In this document: positions 63,083 through 64,000 of the stretch, piece after piece
Numbering within the stretch: position 1 is the stretch's first letter
Layout: each line of letters starts with the position of its first letter
Assembly (NCBI RefSeq): GCF_006345805.1
Contig: NC_043018.1
Span: 23,622,001 to 23,686,000 of the forward strand
Length of the DNA stretch: 64,000 nt
Direction: 5' to 3'
Source of the DNA: Octopus sinensis
Lineage: Eukaryota
Made by a program: the position numbers and the translations under genes
The notes under the pieces: model-generated
What the model was told of the DNA's origin: nothing
Seen by the model: the letters and a program-made list of their open reading frames with translations, nothing else
Database searches by the model: none

Positions 63083-64000
63083 CTATAACCAATCAATTAA
63101 TCAACAAATCAGGAAACCAGAGTCTAATATTCCATGCTAACTATTTTAGACAAAATTACAATTCAATGGCATTCCTTAACCCTTTCATTACTGTATTTAT
63201 TTTGAGATGCTCTGTGTTTCTTTCAATTACTTTAAATATAACAAAGAATTTAGTAAAATAACTTAGTTATCATTCAGCTAGTGTTAGGAATATAAATTAT
63301 GACAAAGGTTTGGTGGAAGATTTTTATTTAAAACTTATGTAAACAAGACATTCGTACACAGAGCCAGAGCCAGTTTCAGCCGGGTTGGTAACGAAAGGGT
63401 TAATGTTCTGCTTCCACAAACATCCAAATCTGTCAGTTCACCAACAAGTTTCATTCTCCCTATCTACCTACTTTATATATATATATATATCTACCTACCT
63501 GTTTATCTATCCATCTCTCTCTGTCTTCTGACTCGTCTACCTGAATATCTCTCTTTCTACCTGAGTATCTACCTGTCTATATATATATCTGATACCTATA
63601 CTTTTCTCTCTGTACCAGACTACCAATCTATCTCACTGCACCATCCTACCTTCTTACCTCCCTACTAATCTGTGTATTGACTGCTTGATGGTTAATGGGT
63701 TCAAGGAGGAGCAAGAATTCCTGAAATATCTACATACACCCATCACCTATTTTTCTACCTTCAATTGCATTGTTTAGACAGATGTACTTGTATACAGAAT
63801 CTTGTAACTTTCAGTGTTGGCTCTAAATTCTACAGAAAATCTGTAGAGATACTATTAAAAATGAATTACCTATCTATCTATCATTTTTTCCCTATTTCTC
63901 TCTCTGTCTGTCTGTTTCTTTCTGTCTATCTATCTGTCTCTGTCTCTCTCTGATGATGATGGCAATCCCTCAAGGTCAAGGATGATGGTCTTCGCGCAAA

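Overview
AT-rich, repeat-dense animal genomic DNA, most likely an octopod cephalopod (inferred from the SINE/RTE/MITE repertoire; not verified). One large protein-coding gene crosses the window on the minus strand. I reconstructed by hand 20 phase-compatible GT-AG exons (63082 to 7253; 3797 nt, i.e. 1266 codons if one missing base is restored) plus a probable 21st exon at 4270-4177. The spliced product is recognisable as the central part of the axonemal central-pair protein SPAG17/PF6; both ends of the gene lie outside the window. Introns contain tRNA-derived SINEs of about four modular types, RTE/CR1/R4/Hero LINE fragments, mariner and Gypsy relics, a solo LTR, piggyBac-, hAT- and pogo-like MITEs, Helitron-like elements and several tandem arrays, including a 6.9-kb compound satellite that starts at a splice donor. 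The very long ORFs in the track are satellite artefacts. I found no evidence of a new multi-gene system. The best leads are a 1-bp frameshift in a SPAG17 exon with a possible rescuing cryptic donor, a duplicated splice acceptor, a satellite repeating the donor hexamer, a candidate poly-proline poison/alternative exon, inverted SINE pairs, and a template-switch scar.
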